Positions 62,440 through 64,000 of a DNA stretch of 64,000 nt are shown piece by piece (positions within the stretch are counted from its first letter, which is position 1; every line of letters starts with the position of its first letter). The stretch is from an uncultured Nitrospiraceae bacterium (GTDB taxonomy: Bacteria > Nitrospirota > Thermodesulfovibrionia > Thermodesulfovibrionales > SM23-35), in NCBI GenBank assembly GCA_963727775.1, contig CAVSHB010000001.1, positions 928,001 to 992,000 on the forward strand. The letters are read 5' to 3'. Position numbers and translations under genes: made by a program. The notes beneath the pieces were generated by a model, which saw only the letters and a program-made list of their open reading frames with translations, was not told the DNA's origin and did not search any database.

Positions 62440-62608
62440 CAGCCTTTAGTTTTTTCTTAAGTTCTTCGATGCTGAGTGCCGGCTCACCTTTTCTCTCGGC
62501 AATGACTGCCAGGTCATGAATATCTTCCAGTAGCTCTTCATATTCTCCGACCGGCAGGATCACAGCTGTCTTCTTGCCTGACTCGTCGACCACATACTGT
62601 GCCTTCAT
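62426..62608 (-). CDS. Antitoxin of the RelE pair
   Basis: QYVVDESGKKTAVILP..YEELLED..DL; overlaps the toxin start. Confidence 0.8.
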   Translation of the reverse strand: MKAQYVVDESGKKTAVILPVGEYEELLEDIHDLAVIAERKGEPALSIEELKKKLKADGLI

Positions 62609-62673
62609 CTCATACCTCCATTACTAAATCTATTCAAATAATAACAAAATATCGACCTGATTTAGCAAGGAAT

Positions 62674-62709
62674 AAAAAAAAGGGGCAGGATGTTCTCCTG
62701 CCCCTTTTT
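62674..62709. terminator. Intrinsic terminator after atpE (bidirectional shape)
   Basis: A-run, GGGGCAGGA-loop-TCCTGCCCC, T-run. Confidence 0.85.
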
Positions 62710-62729
62710 ATAGTCTTTCGAAAGCTCTC

Positions 62730-63092
62730 TTACTGAAGGAGTTTCCCGAACGGGTTAACGAATATGAGAATGAGGACTACGACGAGCGCGTAAATTGCGA
62801 GAGACTCGATCATGGCGAGACCGATGATAAGGGTTGTGGTGATTTTACCTGATGCACCCGGATTCCTTGCGACACCTTCGCAAGCACCCCCTAAACCGAT
62901 ACCCTGACCAATACCTGTGCCGAGAGCTGCGAGCCCGATTCCAAGACCGCAACCGAGAGCTGCTAATGCATAGTACAGGACGTTCGAGGTTTTTTCGGCT
63001 GTAGCTGCAGCTGCCTCTTCAGCAAAGCAGAGAGGGGCCAAAAGCCACATCATTGCGAGAGCAAGAAGAATTACTGCCAAAGTTTTCTTCAT
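62730..63092 (-). CDS. atpE: ATP synthase F0 subunit c
   Basis: [28 protein letters not shown]. Confidence 0.95.
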   Translation of the reverse strand: MKKTLAVILLALAMMWLLAPLCFAEEAAAATAEKTSNVLYYALAALGCGLGIGLAALGTGIGQGIGLGGACEGVARNPGASGKITTTLIIGLAMIESLAIYALVVVLILIFVNPFGKLLQ

Positions 63093-63122
63093 TTTACTTC
63101 CTCCTTTCGTGAAATTATAGAA

Positions 63123-63806
63123 TTAATGTGCGTGTTCTACCGCACCAGCCAAATACAGTGTTGCCAAAAGTGCAAAGACAAAAGCCTGCACAACGCTTAC
63201 AAGTACGCCAAGTCCGAGAATCGCCGTCGGGAGCACCCAGGGAGAAATAATTCCAAGAACAAGGAGTATGATGTGTTTGCCGGTCATGTTACCGAACAAC
63301 CTGACGGTAAGGGTCAAAGGTCTTGCGAAATGGCCGATAACCTCTACAAAAAACATGAGGATCATGAGCGGCAATGCCGCTATAGAACGGATAGGACCAA
63401 GAAAATGGTTTAAATATTTGACACCGTGGACCCTTATCCCGAAATAGTGAGTTGCCAGGAACACGGGGATTGCCATGGCCGCGTTTGTATTGACATTGGC
63501 TGTAGCCGAAGCAAAACCAGGGACAAGTCCCATAAAATTGCAGAGCAGGATGAAAACAAATATGGTGCAGATAAAAGGAAATAACTGTCTGCTCCAGTGA
63601 TGTCCTATATTTTCATCCACCAGTTTCCACATTGCATCGATAATCATCTCCATAAAATTCTGGAGGCCTGTCGGCACCAGACGCAGAGAACCTCTTACCA
63701 TCAAAGCCGCAACTATAAGGATTATTGAGACAAGAAAGGCGTGTGTGACATTGTGAGGTATCACCTCGGGATTCACGATAGCATCCATTAAAAGGGTTTC
63801 TTCCAT
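63123..63806 (-). CDS. atpB: ATP synthase F0 subunit a
   Basis: NFMGLVPG, RPLTLTVRLFGNM, VQAFVFALL. Confidence 0.96.
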   Translation of the reverse strand: MEETLLMDAIVNPEVIPHNVTHAFLVSIILIVAALMVRGSLRLVPTGLQNFMEMIIDAMWKLVDENIGHHWSRQLFPFICTIFVFILLCNFMGLVPGFASATANVNTNAAMAIPVFLATHYFGIRVHGVKYLNHFLGPIRSIAALPLMILMFFVEVIGHFARPLTLTVRLFGNMTGKHIILLVLGIISPWVLPTAILGLGVLVSVVQAFVFALLATLYLAGAVEHAH

Positions 63807-64000
63807 ACGACCTCCTTATGAGGATTGAAAATCGGAGTTATATTACATAACCTTTTTCTGAAAAGTCAATAGGAAAGACGATTAATTTGAAAATTATTAT
63901 TTACTTTTTTGCAGATATATGCTTCTTTACGGACAGGTATGAGATATTCGGATCGAGAGTATACGCCTCTTTAAAATATTTTACTGATTCCGCATGGTTC

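Overview
Chromosomal segment from an anaerobic bacterium. Gene content and order suggest Nitrospirota (Thermodesulfovibrionia-like) or a Desulfobacterota relative; this is an inference. Core blocks are lepA, guaBA, ispA-dxs-tlyA, ornithine decarboxylase-speE, glgB, tyrS, rnfCDGEAB, radical SAM-hemE-hemH, hflX and atpBE. Accessory features: (1) an integron-integrase gene whose middle is replaced by a four-helix-bundle gene bracketed by inverted heptamer arrays; (2) two HEPN-MNT modules, one inside a ~60 bp direct repeat that duplicates the lepA and intI 3' ends; (3) a c-di-AMP riboswitch ahead of kimA; (4) a tungstate/formate island (tupAABC, LysR, two Sec formate dehydrogenase genes, one decayed and cut by an IS1182) with a repeated LysR-type box; (5) three UGA-Sec codons with SECIS-like hairpins, including one in RnfB; (6) a secreted S53 protease with 312 bp tandem repeats; (7) MITEs and REP-like palindromes; (8) a decayed integron with a nearly deleted intI, attI, two attC sites, an AbiU2-like HEPN cassette, TA cassettes and a group IIC intron remnant. 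No rRNA, tRNA or CRISPR array was recognised. All calls come from reading motifs by eye; no searches were run.
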